The notes below the pieces were generated by a model, which searched no databases, was not told the origin of the DNA, and saw only the letters and a program-made list of their open reading frames with translations. This document shows, piece after piece, positions 19,829 through 30,293 of a stretch of DNA of 64,000 nt. The stretch is taken from NCBI GenBank assembly GCA_965248755.1, contig OZ252149.1, forward strand, positions 2,784,001-2,848,000, written 5' to 3'. Position numbers and translations under genes: made by a program. Source of the stretch: Candidatus Latescibacterota bacterium. Lineage in GTDB: Bacteria > Latescibacterota > CBDEFO01. Position 1 is the first letter of the stretch; each line of letters begins with the position of its first letter.

Positions 19829-21130
19829 TCAGTTCTCCTTCAAAGAGTCCAAAATGTCAAAAAACCCCGGAAAAGATATGTCCACCCACTCTGTTCCCTG
19901 AATTATCGTCTCACCTTCGGATACCAATCCTGCAACAGCGAACGCCATGGCCGTTCTGTGATCTTTGAAGCTATCTATCCTTGTCCCCTGAAGCCTTCTG
20001 CCTCCCTCAATTATAAAGCCGTCCTGAAGTTCCCCCACCTTTGCCTCCATTCTCCTCAAATTATCGACCAGGGCCGTTATCCGGTCTGTTTCCTTCTTCC
20101 TCAGCTCTTCGGCGTCTCTGACCAAGAATTCGCCCGTTGCCTGCGTTGCAGCCACAGCCAATATGGGGATCTCATCGATCAGCGTCGGAACAATATCTCC
20201 ACCTATTTTTGTCCTTTTCAACTCCGAACCTCTCACCACGATGTCTCCTACGAGTTCGCCTCCACTTTGGTACTCATTTTCAACGGATATGCTCGCCCCC
20301 ATTCTCCTTAAGATGTCCAATATGCCTCGCCTTGTGGGATTCAGTCCCACGTCTTTGATCACAACCTCGGAATTGGGCACAATTGCCGCTGCTACTATGA
20401 AAAACGCCGCCGCCGAAATATCACCCGGAACGATAATGTCTATCGCATCCAACTCGACGCCTCCCTCAACAGACACCTCGTATTCCTTTCTATCCTTCAG
20501 CCTTACTGTCTTAACGCTTGCTCCTGCAGATTTCAACATCCTTTCGGTGTGATCTCTAGTTTTTGTCGTCTCTATGATTGAGGTCGTGCCATCTGCGTAT
20601 AGTCCTGCCAAGAGGATGCACGACTTGACCTGCGCGCTTAAAACCGGCAGCTCGTAGCATATAGACTCAAGGTCCCCCCCCGCGATCTTCAAGGGCGGAT
20701 ACTCGTCATCCAGGCCCGAAATCTGGGCACCCATCAACCTCAAGGGCTTCATAATCCTCCCCATCGGACGCTTATTTAATGACTCATCGCCTTTCAGACA
20801 GCACTCAAAGCCCTGACCGGCTAATATCCCGGACAGAAGCCGCATCGTTGTCCCCGAGTTTTCGGCGTTCAGTGCGCCATCGGATCTCTTAAGCCCCCTA
20901 AGACCTGTGCCCTGAACGACTATCCCGTTATCGCTCCTGTCTATCTTTACACCCAGGTCTCTCAGGCAGTTGACTGTGCTCTGGCAATCCTTGCCTGAAG
21001 GGAAATTCTCTATCCTGCTTTTCCCCCTTGCGATGCCTCCCATCATCACAGCCCGATGCGAGATAGATTTATCCCCCGGAACTGTAACTTCTCCTTTTAG
21101 GACTTTAGCCGGAGTTATCGTCCTTTCCAT
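19829..21130 (-). CDS. aroA: EPSP synthase
   Basis: PGDKSISHR, NSGTTMRL, SAQVKS, KETDR and DHR motifs. Confidence 0.98.
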   Translation of the reverse strand: MERTITPAKVLKGEVTVPGDKSISHRAVMMGGIARGKSRIENFPSGKDCQSTVNCLRDLGVKIDRSDNGIVVQGTGLRGLKRSDGALNAENSGTTMRLLSGILAGQGFECCLKGDESLNKRPMGRIMKPLRLMGAQISGLDDEYPPLKIAGGDLESICYELPVLSAQVKSCILLAGLYADGTTSIIETTKTRDHTERMLKSAGASVKTVRLKDRKEYEVSVEGGVELDAIDIIVPGDISAAAFFIVAAAIVPNSEVVIKDVGLNPTRRGILDILRRMGASISVENEYQSGGELVGDIVVRGSELKRTKIGGDIVPTLIDEIPILAVAATQATGEFLVRDAEELRKKETDRITALVDNLRRMEAKVGELQDGFIIEGGRRLQGTRIDSFKDHRTAMAFAVAGLVSEGETIIQGTEWVDISFPGFFDILDSLKEN

Positions 21131-21527
21131 AGATGTCCTTTTCTCTCAAATAGCGTTCCATTCGACTCAAAAACTCTTCAGCCTCTGCTATTCTTGTCTC
21201 TGCTGTTTCTACCGACACCTCCTGACTTACCCTATAGTCTGATATATTCCTGTCGTCGAAGGCAGTGCTCAACATTCTCCCGTACTTGGCATCTATCGAG
21301 CCTTTCTTAACTAATTCCAAGCCGAACAAAGATATAACACCCGAATGTTTTGAAGGGTTCTTTCCTATTGAAATGAGAACAGAGGTAGCGGCGTAGAAGA
21401 CGGCGTAATACACCTTGGATACGGAATCTCTAATCAGTCCATTATAGAGGAGCAACCTTGCAGCCTGCAGAGCTTCATCAGCTCTATCCAGATACGCCCG
21501 AATTGCCTCTAATTGTTCCTCTTCCAT
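21105..21527 (-). CDS. HEPN domain protein (MNT-HEPN pair)
   Basis: SKVYYAVFYAA...KHSGVIS...RNISDY pattern; overlaps the MNT gene. Confidence 0.85.
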   Translation of the reverse strand: MEEEQLEAIRAYLDRADEALQAARLLLYNGLIRDSVSKVYYAVFYAATSVLISIGKNPSKHSGVISLFGLELVKKGSIDAKYGRMLSTAFDDRNISDYRVSQEVSVETAETRIAEAEEFLSRMERYLREKDIYGKDDNSG

Positions 21528-21895
21528 ATCCTTTTTCCCTCTACCTGAACGTTATGTATGAAAGGATAGAAGCTCAACTTGTCCTCAGGAATATGTGAAG
21601 AGGGCATGGTTTGAACGGATATAATGAATCTGAAGTCATGCTTATCCTGGAGGTCGTACGCTATGTCTCTTAGACTCTCCAGCAACTCCCGATCCTCAGC
21701 GGGAACAGCTACCAGAATATCAATATCCGATTCGGCAGTGGAATCTCCTCTCGCCTTGGAGCCATAGAGCCATATAGAGTCGATCCTATCTTCAAATTCC
21801 CCTACAACTTTCCCCACATATGTATCTATAATTTCCCTTTCCTCATTCGACAGGCTCGTTATTGTCTCTAAACTATCTTTGCGATCTTCTATCAT
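21509..21895 (-). CDS. Minimal nucleotidyltransferase (MNT)
   Basis: LYGSKARGD...SDIDILV motif; start placed at MIED. Confidence 0.9.
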   Translation of the reverse strand: MIEDRKDSLETITSLSNEEREIIDTYVGKVVGEFEDRIDSIWLYGSKARGDSTAESDIDILVAVPAEDRELLESLRDIAYDLQDKHDFRFIISVQTMPSSHIPEDKLSFYPFIHNVQVEGKRIWKRNN

Positions 21896-22679
21896 CTTCT
21901 CCACGCCTCGTAGCCATAATTGAGGGGTAGCCATAAACGGAAGGGTCCCTTATGTAGAAATGGGGACAGAATCATTCCTTTTGAGCTAGAATCCATAAAT
22001 GATGTTCTAAATAAGGGTGTTCTTCTTCCACATGAAGGAGTCTAAATCCAGCTTCTTGAATTAATTTCTTATTTTCTTCAATTGAATAAGAACTCCATGC
22101 CATCTCTGAACCAATCCACTCTTCAACAGCCATAAGCATTCCGTTCGTTCCCATGGTAACAAGAATAGGCCCTTTTTCTTTGAGAATAGTGTAAATTTTT
22201 TCAAAAAGATGTTTATGCTCTTCTCTCGGAATATGAAAAATTGCGTATAATGAAACAACAGCATCAAACGATCCTGATTCAAAATCAATATTAGACAAAT
22301 CTCCTTTTATGTATTTTGCCTGAGGGACATTCTTCCTTGCAATGTTGATATGTTTTTGTGAAATGTCTATGCCTGTAATCTCGCAGCCAGATTTAACGAG
22401 ATATTTATCGTAGGGTATTCCAATACCTGAACCAAGATCAAGGACTTTTGCATTTTTAGGGATTAAGTGTAGTAATTTATCAAAAAATCTTTGTTCCATT
22501 TCATTCAGATTTTTATTTAATCTAAAGAATTTTTGGTAATCTCCCTCATCATATCCTTTTTCAACAATTTTCCGTATATCTTTTACCATCTACAATTTCC
22601 CTTTCCTCATTCGACAAGCCCGTTATTGTCTCTAAACTATCGTTGCAATCTTCTATCATCTTCTCCTCGCCTCGTAGCC
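21824..22679. repeat. 92-bp direct repeat pair (21824-21915 and 22588-22679) flanking a methyltransferase gene
   Basis: Manual alignment gives 6 mismatches in 92 bp. Confidence 0.93.
21972..22589 (-). CDS. Class I SAM-dependent methyltransferase (AT-rich)
   Basis: VLDLGSGIG, GIDIS and FDAVVSLYAIFHIPR motifs. Confidence 0.92.
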   Translation of the reverse strand: MVKDIRKIVEKGYDEGDYQKFFRLNKNLNEMEQRFFDKLLHLIPKNAKVLDLGSGIGIPYDKYLVKSGCEITGIDISQKHINIARKNVPQAKYIKGDLSNIDFESGSFDAVVSLYAIFHIPREEHKHLFEKIYTILKEKGPILVTMGTNGMLMAVEEWIGSEMAWSSYSIEENKKLIQEAGFRLLHVEEEHPYLEHHLWILAQKE

Positions 22680-23759
22680 TTCTCTTGTCAATAGTTCCAC
22701 GGCCTTATCCGCCTCTCTATTTCCCTCGAAGGCCAACCTTAAAGTTCCTCCCTCGCCCTCCCTTACCTTGAGGACCTCTATGTCGCTGATATTGATGTTC
22801 TCATCTGCCAATATTCCTGAAATTTTGGCGATCGCGCCGGGTCTGTCCTCAGCTACCGCTAAGATCTCAGGGTGAGGTCTCAAGAATCCCTTGGAGTCTT
22901 TCGGTATGCTGTCGCGTGTTCTGTTTGCCGCTCGGAATGCCTCTTCAAGGCCCTTCTGTTTGAGCTTTGTTTTTGTATCCTCAAGATAAGATATATAGCA
23001 GTCTATCGTACCCAAGATACGATCTGTGTTCGTGGCGCAGATGTCCTCCCACATCGTGTAGGGACTCGAGGCTATCCTGGTCATATCTCTGAATCCCCCT
23101 GCGGCTAATTGAAGGAAGAGGCCGTTCTCCTCATTCAAGTTTCCCACCATCTGAACCAGAGCCACAGCCATCATCTGAGGCAGATGGCTGATAGCTGCTG
23201 CTATCGTGTCGTGATCAGAAGGGGACATCTTTATAATCTTGGCTCCTGTAGATTTCAGCAGATCTTCAAGACTGTTCGACACTTCATCTGGAACATTCTT
23301 CCCCGGAGTCAAGACGTATATCGCATTTTGGAACAGGAATGGATCGGAAGCGCCTACGCCTCTGCTTTCGGACCCCGCCATAGGGTGACCGCCTACGAAA
23401 TACGCTCCGCTTTTTAGGACACTTTCCGCCGTCGCCGTGATCTCTTCCTTTGTGCTTCCCACGTCTGTTATTACCGCTCCATCTTTTACGTATCTCGAGA
23501 TTTCTCGCAAAAGTTCCTGAATTCTGAGTATAGGTGTGCACAAAAAGACAAGGTCGGCTTCGGCTATGTGTCCTTTCATCTCCTCATAGGCGCACCCATC
23601 GTCTATCGCGCCTAATTGCAGAGCCTTACGGATCGTAGACTTTCTGCTTATGCCAAAAACCCTCCTTTCTGATCCTGTCCTCTTCAAAGCCAGCCCTAAA
23701 GAACCGCCGATCAATCCTACACCCACAATCGCTATATTCTTAAAGTCCGATTTATCCAT
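22656..23759 (-). CDS. tyrA: Prephenate dehydrogenase with C-terminal ACT domain
   Basis: IVGVGLIGGS, DVGSTK, GGHPMAGSE, SHLP, GFRDMTRIA motifs and ACT-type DRPGAI. Confidence 0.95.
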   Translation of the reverse strand: MDKSDFKNIAIVGVGLIGGSLGLALKRTGSERRVFGISRKSTIRKALQLGAIDDGCAYEEMKGHIAEADLVFLCTPILRIQELLREISRYVKDGAVITDVGSTKEEITATAESVLKSGAYFVGGHPMAGSESRGVGASDPFLFQNAIYVLTPGKNVPDEVSNSLEDLLKSTGAKIIKMSPSDHDTIAAAISHLPQMMAVALVQMVGNLNEENGLFLQLAAGGFRDMTRIASSPYTMWEDICATNTDRILGTIDCYISYLEDTKTKLKQKGLEEAFRAANRTRDSIPKDSKGFLRPHPEILAVAEDRPGAIAKISGILADENINISDIEVLKVREGEGGTLRLAFEGNREADKAVELLTREGYEARRR

Positions 23760-23798
23760 GCTAACGCTCCAGATACAGCTCTTGTCTTTTCCTGTCTA

Positions 23799-23821
23799 CC
23801 CCCCGTTGAATCTATCGGGGG
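23799..23821. repeat. Dispersed palindrome family A (CCCCGATTGAATCTATCGGGG), variant copy
   Basis: Other copies at 24890-24927 (nested double), 25287-25307, 32889-32911, 40053-40073 and 42419-42439. Confidence 0.8.
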
Positions 23822-23835
23822 TGCTGTTTACTATC

Positions 23836-24852
23836 TTACTGCATTTTTTTCTCCACGACTGCTCCTATAGCCCTTATCTCCTTCATCATCACCTCGAACT
23901 GATCGGGGAAGAGGGACTGAGCACCGTCGGACAGGGCGTGATCGGGATCGTGGTGAACCTCGATCATCAGGCCGTCTGCTCCAGCGGCTATCGAGGCCCT
24001 TGCCATAGGTGCCACCTTGTTCCTTATTCCCGTTCCCTGACTGGGATCGGATATGATCGGAAGGTGGGAGAGCTTCTTGACCACAGGGATCGCGCTGATA
24101 TCCAGTGTGTTTCTGGTATATTTTTCAAATGTCCTTATTCCGCGCTCGCAGAGGATCACTCTGTGATTTCCTCCCGAACAGATGTACTCCGCGGACATGA
24201 GCCACTCCTCAATCGTCGCGCACATCCCCCGCTTTAAGAGGACAGGCTTGGAGGTCTTCCCCAACTCCCTCAGCAAAGTAAAGTTAGCCATGTTGCGGGT
24301 CCCCACCTGGAAGATGTCGGCGTATTCCTCAATTAGTGCGATCTGGCTTGCATCCATAACCTCAGTCACTACGGGCATCGAGAATCTATCTCCAGCTTCA
24401 CGAAGGAGCTTTAAGCCCTCCTCGCCCAGGCCCTGGAAGCTGTAGGGAGATGTCCGCGGTTTGAACGCTCCACCTCTTAGGATGTTTGCCCCGGAGCTTT
24501 TGATCCTTTCGGATATGATCCTAAGCTGATCTCTGCTCTCCACAGAACACGGACCAGCCATTACGGCTATCTTGTCTCCGCCGATCTCCACGCCGTTCAC
24601 GTCTATGATAGTGTCCTCCGATCTGAAGCCTCTGCTGACCAGCTTGTAGGGTTCACTTATCCTGTGAACCTCGTGCACTCCCGGAAGAACCTCAAGGTCT
24701 CTTTCGTCCAAATCTGTATTTGTGCCAATAACCCCTATTACTGTCCTTTCTACTCCCTTAGAAATGTGAGTGTCAAATCCCAACTCCGAGAGCTTTTCGA
24801 CAAGATTCTGGACATTTTCCTCTGACGCTGTACCATCCATAACAATAACCAT
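23836..24852 (-). CDS. aroF: DAHP synthase, type I-beta with N-terminal regulatory domain
   Basis: AGPCSVES, GGAFKPRTSPYSFQGLG, LLKRG and CERGIRTFE motifs. Confidence 0.96.
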   Translation of the reverse strand: MVIVMDGTASEENVQNLVEKLSELGFDTHISKGVERTVIGVIGTNTDLDERDLEVLPGVHEVHRISEPYKLVSRGFRSEDTIIDVNGVEIGGDKIAVMAGPCSVESRDQLRIISERIKSSGANILRGGAFKPRTSPYSFQGLGEEGLKLLREAGDRFSMPVVTEVMDASQIALIEEYADIFQVGTRNMANFTLLRELGKTSKPVLLKRGMCATIEEWLMSAEYICSGGNHRVILCERGIRTFEKYTRNTLDISAIPVVKKLSHLPIISDPSQGTGIRNKVAPMARASIAAGADGLMIEVHHDPDHALSDGAQSLFPDQFEVMMKEIRAIGAVVEKKMQ

Positions 24853-24889
24853 TCGTTCCTTTGACCTCCTTGAAATTAGTGGACAGCAA

Positions 24890-24927
24890 CCCCCGATTGA
24901 ATCTATCCCCGATTGAACCTGTCGGGG
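24890..24927. repeat. Family A palindrome, two overlapping copies
   Basis: cccccgattgaatctat followed by ccccgattgaacctgtcgggg. Confidence 0.85.
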
Positions 24928-24995
24928 ACTTTGGGAGGTAGTCAGGGCACCGCCTCGTTTCCCTGTATGCTGTCTACTGCTTGCCGTATGCTTGT

Positions 24996-25256
24996 TTAAG
25001 CTCCCCTTTGTAGTTTCCTGGACTCCTCGATAATCCTTTCAAATATCCTCCTAATCGCCTCGTCGCAGAGAGGTCCGTTGTTCAATTTTTGAACCCCATT
25101 CAAAATTGCAGTCTCTCTCTCGGGAGAATGGACATCTTGTCCCTTTTCCCCCTTTATTCTCCCTATCTCTAAAGCGCACTTGGCCCGGCGATTTATAAGC
25201 TCTGCCAAACGGGCGTCTATAGAGTCTATCTCCTCACGCCAGTCTGATATATCCAT
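24996..25256 (-). CDS. Monofunctional chorismate mutase (AroQ class)
   Basis: WREEIDSIDARLAELINRR...IGRIK...PERE...IFERIIEESR; start placed at MDIS after a GGGGAG RBS. Confidence 0.92.
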   Translation of the reverse strand: MDISDWREEIDSIDARLAELINRRAKCALEIGRIKGEKGQDVHSPERETAILNGVQKLNNGPLCDEAIRRIFERIIEESRKLQRGA

Positions 25257-25286
25257 AGGCAACTCCCCTTGTAAGTAGACAGTAGT

Positions 25287-25307
25287 CCCCGATAGATTCA
25301 ATCGGGG
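25287..25307. repeat. Family A palindrome (reverse orientation)
   Basis: ccccgatagattcaatcgggg is the exact reverse complement of the consensus. Confidence 0.85.
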
Positions 25308-25344
25308 ATAGACAGGGTACATCCTCCCATCCCGTTTAAACTGC

Positions 25345-26151
25345 TCAAAAACGGGCGGACTTCAAAAGACCTGTTAACGTCTCTGTGTAATCACCTATCT
25401 TCGATACTAAAGATTCATCATTCGTCCACTGGCCTATTCTCCTGACGATCGCGCTGCCCACGACCACAGCATCTGCACAACTTGCCACCTGGACTACCTG
25501 CTCGGGTTTGGAGATTCCGAAGCCTACTGCTACAGGAATGTCCGTATGATCCCTTATCTTACTTACCATCGCCCCTATTGAATCTTCAAGTTTATCTCTT
25601 TCTCCTGTCACTCCCGTTCTGGAAACGTAATACACAAACCCGGATGCCATCTTTGAGATCAGTGCTATCCTCTCCTCTGTGCTCGTCGGGGAAAGCAGGA
25701 ACACGGTCTTGACTCCTCTTTCGTCCATCAACGCCTTGTACTCATTCCCTTCTTCAGGCGGAAGGTCTAACAAGAGCACTCCGTCAATGTCCGCCTCGGC
25801 ACACCTTTTCACGAACCTATTCACGCCGTATCTATGCACAGGATTAAAGTAAGTAAAGAGTACAATCGGAATCTGCGAGCTTTCCCTTAATTCCTCCGCC
25901 ACATCCAGCACATCTTTCAGCGAGACCTTATTTTTCAGCGCCCTTTGGGAGGCTTCCTGAATCACAGGTCCATCTGCCAGTGGGTCTGAAAACGGAACTC
26001 CCAACTCGATAATATCCACACCTCTTTTTTCCAGCTCGATTACCAGCTCTTTGGTAACCTTCAGAGTCGGATCTCCCGCCGTAATATATGCCACAAACCC
26101 TTTCTGATTTGCACTTTTCAACTTCTCAAACTTTCTGTCTATCCTGTTCAT
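25345..26151 (-). CDS. trpA: Tryptophan synthase alpha subunit
   Basis: [21 protein letters not shown] and VGFGI motifs. Confidence 0.98.
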   Translation of the reverse strand: MNRIDRKFEKLKSANQKGFVAYITAGDPTLKVTKELVIELEKRGVDIIELGVPFSDPLADGPVIQEASQRALKNKVSLKDVLDVAEELRESSQIPIVLFTYFNPVHRYGVNRFVKRCAEADIDGVLLLDLPPEEGNEYKALMDERGVKTVFLLSPTSTEERIALISKMASGFVYYVSRTGVTGERDKLEDSIGAMVSKIRDHTDIPVAVGFGISKPEQVVQVASCADAVVVGSAIVRRIGQWTNDESLVSKIGDYTETLTGLLKSARF

Positions 26152-27341
26152 ACTTTCTGTCCTATATACTTAGCCGCCTCCTGAACGTCTTTGTCCCCTC
26201 GACCTGAAAGGTTAATTATGATAATATCGTCTTTATCACCAGCTTTTGCAGCTTTAACCGTGTAGGCTACAGCGTGGGCGCTTTCAAGGGCGGGAATGAT
26301 CCCCTCCAGCTCACTTAGCATAGAGAAGGCCTCGATGGCTTCATCGTCCGTAGCATAAGTGTACTCGACCCTGCCTTGATCTCTCAGGAAGCTGTGTTCG
26401 GGTCCCACGCTCGCATAGTCCAGCCCGGCTGACACAGAATGCGTGGTGCTGATTTGACCGTCATCGTCCTGGAGCACGAAGCTCTTTGTCCCTTGCAGAA
26501 CTCCCAAGCCTCCGGTCTGAAACCTGGATGCGTGCTTTCCCGTCTCTATTCCCATCCCGCCGGCCTCGACGCCCACCATCCGTACAGATTTATCTTTCAA
26601 AAACTCGTAGAAGAGACCTATCGAGTTGCTTCCGCCTCCTACACAGGCACAGAGAAGATCCGGCAGCCTGCCCTCCTTTTCCAGAATCTGCTCTCTTGCT
26701 TCCAAACCTATAATCTTCTGAAAATTTCTCACGATCAGGGGATAGGGATGGGGACCTAACACCGAGCCTATGATATAGTGCGTGGTCTCCACATTCGTCA
26801 CCCAGTCTCTGATCGCTTCATTTATGGCATCCTTCAGGGTCCTGCTCCCCGAGGCTACAGGCGTCACCTTTGCCCCCAAGAGCCTCATCCTGAACACGTT
26901 TAAGGCCTGCCTTTCCATGTCCTCTGTCCCCATGTAGATCTCGCACTCCATCCCGAAGACTGCCGCCACAGTCGCCGTTGCCACTCCGTGCTGTCCCGCT
27001 CCTGTCTCGGCTATGATCCTCTCCTTGCCCATCCTCCTTGCAAGTAGGATCTGACCCAAGGTATTGTTAATCTTATGTGCTCCAGTATGGCATAGGTCCT
27101 CCCTTTTTAGGTATATCTTGGCCCCTTTCAGCTCCTCTGTCAGTCTCTCGGCAAAATAGAGCAGGGTTGGCCTCCCAGCGTACTGGCTTAAATAGTATCC
27201 CAATTCCTCCTGAAACCGTGTGTCACCTTTTGCGGTCTCATACTCATTTTCCAACTCCTCTAAAGCCGACATTAGCGTCTCAGGCACGAACTTCCCACCG
27301 TAGATCCCGAAGTGACCTGTCTTGTCAGGTGCAGTCTGCAT
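26148..27341 (-). CDS. trpB: Tryptophan synthase beta subunit
   Basis: [29 protein letters not shown] and NLSGRGDKD motifs. Confidence 0.99.
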   Translation of the reverse strand: MQTAPDKTGHFGIYGGKFVPETLMSALEELENEYETAKGDTRFQEELGYYLSQYAGRPTLLYFAERLTEELKGAKIYLKREDLCHTGAHKINNTLGQILLARRMGKERIIAETGAGQHGVATATVAAVFGMECEIYMGTEDMERQALNVFRMRLLGAKVTPVASGSRTLKDAINEAIRDWVTNVETTHYIIGSVLGPHPYPLIVRNFQKIIGLEAREQILEKEGRLPDLLCACVGGGSNSIGLFYEFLKDKSVRMVGVEAGGMGIETGKHASRFQTGGLGVLQGTKSFVLQDDDGQISTTHSVSAGLDYASVGPEHSFLRDQGRVEYTYATDDEAIEAFSMLSELEGIIPALESAHAVAYTVKAAKAGDKDDIIIINLSGRGDKDVQEAAKYIGQKV

Positions 27342-27353
27342 AGTTTCCTTCCT

Positions 27354-27986
27354 CTATTTACGGGTCACGTTGAATATGAACCTCTTCAGCTTCTCCCTGT
27401 CCTTTTTCCCGGGCTCCTTCTCAACTCCGCTTCCCACATCGACAGCATAGGGGTTTACTATCTCTACAGCCTCATTTACATTTTCGGGATTTAGTCCCCC
27501 CGACAGGATTATCCTGCCGAAGTTTTTGGCCTCTATGGCTATATTCCAGTCGAACGTCCTGCCCGTGCCGCCGTATAGACCCTTATCGTACGTATCCAGC
27601 AGAAATCCATCTACGTCGTAATCCCTCAAAGACGCCGCCTCGAAATCTTTATCTATTCTTATAGCCTTAATGACACCTCTTATAGCCTTAATCACACCTT
27701 TGTCAAACGAGGCGCAGAATTCCGGCGATTCATCACCATGGAGCTGAAGCAGTGTAATACCGGCCTTATCTACGATCTCCTCAATTTTCTCCTTCTCCTC
27801 GTTCACAAAGACCCCTACGGTAGTCACAAAGGGCGGCAGTCTATCGGTGATCTCCTTTACGGCAGCCGTAAGCACGTAGCGCGGGCTTTTCGGGTAGAAG
27901 ATAAATCCCAAAGCGTCCGCTCCCAGTTCGGCGGCATAAAGCGCGTCGTCTATGTTCGTAATTCCGCAGACCTTTATCCTTGTCAT
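27354..27986 (-). CDS. trpF: Phosphoribosylanthranilate isomerase
   Basis: KVCGIT, QLHGDE, GGTG, LSGGL and VDVGSGVE motifs. Confidence 0.97.
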   Translation of the reverse strand: MTRIKVCGITNIDDALYAAELGADALGFIFYPKSPRYVLTAAVKEITDRLPPFVTTVGVFVNEEKEKIEEIVDKAGITLLQLHGDESPEFCASFDKGVIKAIRGVIKAIRIDKDFEAASLRDYDVDGFLLDTYDKGLYGGTGRTFDWNIAIEAKNFGRIILSGGLNPENVNEAVEIVNPYAVDVGSGVEKEPGKKDREKLKRFIFNVTRK

Positions 27987-28540
27987 TCTTCCAATTTAAA
28001 TGAGAAAAGCTGTACCACCGGGCGAAATTCCACAACGCCTATCTCTACAATTTGTCCCCGCATCGGCAGAGAAGCTCGTTGAGAGATCTCCACAGCTTTG
28101 GGAACCAGATTTGGATCCAGATCCATAGCGAGCGTACAGTGAGGGACCCAGCGCCCCGGAAGATAATTCTCCCACCAGGGTTCGCTGACGTCCCGGACGA
28201 AACGATGAAAGTAAGAGTGGATGTCCAAAAGCTTATGTGTGACCGTCGGCGCGAGGAACACTACTCCCCTTGGAAAGATACCGACATTTGACAGGGTTAC
28301 AGCAAAGGGGGATAGCTCCTTTGCAAACGATCTCAGTCTTGCCTTAAATTCGGCGATATTAAGCTCGTTACAGATAGCGAGCGTTGCATGAGGGGGATCG
28401 CCAGAATCGAGCATATAGGAACTAACCCCTGCCTCTGCGAGATCCTTCCATATATCTCGTATAGCAGTTTCACTATCCGAATCCAGATACATTACAATCG
28501 CAAGTGGCATAACAAAAGACTTCTTTATGTTTTGACTCAT
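27983..28540 (-). CDS. 2H phosphoesterase (2'-5' RNA ligase-like) protein
   Basis: Two HxT motifs, PHATL and PHCTL. Confidence 0.88.
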   Translation of the reverse strand: MSQNIKKSFVMPLAIVMYLDSDSETAIRDIWKDLAEAGVSSYMLDSGDPPHATLAICNELNIAEFKARLRSFAKELSPFAVTLSNVGIFPRGVVFLAPTVTHKLLDIHSYFHRFVRDVSEPWWENYLPGRWVPHCTLAMDLDPNLVPKAVEISQRASLPMRGQIVEIGVVEFRPVVQLFSFKLEE

Positions 28541-28587
28541 ATTTTGGGCAGGCGCTTCAGAGCCAGTGTGATCTTGGTGATTACCAT

Positions 28588-28625
28588 TTATAGTCTGCCA
28601 ACCTAATTATAGTCTGCTAACCTAA
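28588..28625. repeat. 19-bp tandem duplication carrying GTTRGCAG core-like sites on the minus strand
   Basis: ttatagtctgc(c/t)aacctaa x2, one mismatch. Confidence 0.8.
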
Positions 28626-29452
28626 ACTCGTTTCCTGCACACAGCGATTAGATGTGTGCCCATATCCAGACAACCCGGCTCACGACAGGCCTCTATTTCC
28701 ATTTCCAAGAGGTGTTGCCAGATATCTCTGTCCTCTCGTAGAGTGCCCAGATGCTCTTCCCACGTGGCGGACAGGCAGTCGCTGGCTGAGAGTACCTCAA
28801 TGATAACCCCTGCCTTCTCGAGGAAGGCTCTAAACTCGTCAGCGCGATACATATGGCAGAAATGCTTTAAGACCGCGGACTTGTCTGGACCCAGATCTCC
28901 TGAGACTACGATCTTTCTGTTCACCTCGGGATCCACTTCGAGAACCCCGGGGAGAAAATGATGAACTGACCCCCATAGGCTCATCACCCCCAGGAAAAGC
29001 AATCCGCCCGGTCTGGTGACATGCAGAAGTTCCCGAATGGCTTTCTCTCGTTCATTAAACACGTAACTCAAAGGCCCTCCATAGCAGACCAGAGCGTCAA
29101 ATTCCCCTTCGTGGAAATGAGGTCGCAGGTCGCACATATCGCACTCGACCCAGTGTTCTATGGAGTCGGAGAATCCCAACGTCAGCGCGTTTTCCCGATT
29201 GAGTTGAAGCTGAATCGGCGAGATGTCTGCAACCACAATCTTCTCTGATATCCTGGCGAGCTCCTGTGTGAATCTCCCGGGGCCTGCCCCGATCTCCAAA
29301 ATACGGTGATGTGCCTGAAGATACTTCTGTAGATAGTACAGATGCACCTCGAACTTAATCTGCTGGACAGGGCTTTCGTCCCATCGCTCCCATTCTTTGT
29401 CGCCGTATTCGTTGTAATACGATCTCACCCAATCGGGATCATATCTTGTCAT
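28622..29452 (-). CDS. Class I SAM-dependent methyltransferase
   Basis: ILEIGAGPGRFT, VADIS and CYGGPLSY motifs; start placed at MTRYD. Confidence 0.9.
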   Translation of the reverse strand: MTRYDPDWVRSYYNEYGDKEWERWDESPVQQIKFEVHLYYLQKYLQAHHRILEIGAGPGRFTQELARISEKIVVADISPIQLQLNRENALTLGFSDSIEHWVECDMCDLRPHFHEGEFDALVCYGGPLSYVFNEREKAIRELLHVTRPGGLLFLGVMSLWGSVHHFLPGVLEVDPEVNRKIVVSGDLGPDKSAVLKHFCHMYRADEFRAFLEKAGVIIEVLSASDCLSATWEEHLGTLREDRDIWQHLLEMEIEACREPGCLDMGTHLIAVCRKRV

Positions 29453-29463
29453 GCGCAATTTGC

Positions 29464-30282
29464 TTAGTTGCCCGCCGATGAGCCTGATGGCTTCACAGCG
29501 CGGACATATAGATACTCTGCCGCGTGATCGCGCCACCTTTTCAGCCAGGGGTGCTCTTTACACACCTCCTCGGATGGGCGCGGTTCTTCGACTTCCTTCA
29601 AGGCGAATCCCGCCCCGATCAAAGCGTTGAGATATTCGGAGAGCGTCTTGGGAAACCTCGGCACAATAAACGGTGTAACATCCTCATTAACGGGAGCCTT
29701 TGAGAATCTCCAATGCAACACTACTGGCTTGTCGTTGAAATAATCGGAGACTGTAAATTTGATGCAATTGCCCTGCTCGTCACGTATCCACCCGTGACCT
29801 TTGGTAGAGAAACATGGATGAGTTATGCTGAAGATCAACTCGCCACCCAGTCGGAGCACTCTGCAGATCTCTTTGACAGCAGCTTCAAAGTCAGGGCTAT
29901 CCATCAGCGCCATGAATGAAACTACGACGTCGAAGGATGCATCGTCGAAGGTAGAAAGATCGCAGAAGAACGCCACCTCGTAGCGAATCCCAAGAGGTTC
30001 CCTTTTCTCTTCCTGAAGAGCAAATTCGATCATCTTCGGGGAAATATCCACGGCGACCATTCGCGCACCGCTTCTGGCCAAAAGCCGCGTGTTGTAACCC
30101 TCCCCACAGCCGGCGTCCAGGACCCTCATTCCATTAAGGTCGCCGATGAACCTAAAGAAGGCGGGATTGTTAAAGTGCTCGCGGTAGGCGTCCCAGCCTC
30201 TGCGGACATGGTCTGCCCATAAGTCCGCATTACGATCCCCATATCGGGCGACTTCCTCTTCGGATAATTCCGAACGCTTCAT
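29464..30282 (-). CDS. Class I SAM-dependent methyltransferase
   Basis: VLDAGCGEG, AVDIS and FSITHPCF motifs. Confidence 0.92.
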   Translation of the reverse strand: MKRSELSEEEVARYGDRNADLWADHVRRGWDAYREHFNNPAFFRFIGDLNGMRVLDAGCGEGYNTRLLARSGARMVAVDISPKMIEFALQEEKREPLGIRYEVAFFCDLSTFDDASFDVVVSFMALMDSPDFEAAVKEICRVLRLGGELIFSITHPCFSTKGHGWIRDEQGNCIKFTVSDYFNDKPVVLHWRFSKAPVNEDVTPFIVPRFPKTLSEYLNALIGAGFALKEVEEPRPSEEVCKEHPWLKRWRDHAAEYLYVRAVKPSGSSAGN

Positions 30283-30293
30283 CTCTTTAGCTC

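Noticed and set aside
23650..24237. 195-aa plus-strand ORF
   Set aside because: Antisense to aroF and tyrA; a shadow ORF.
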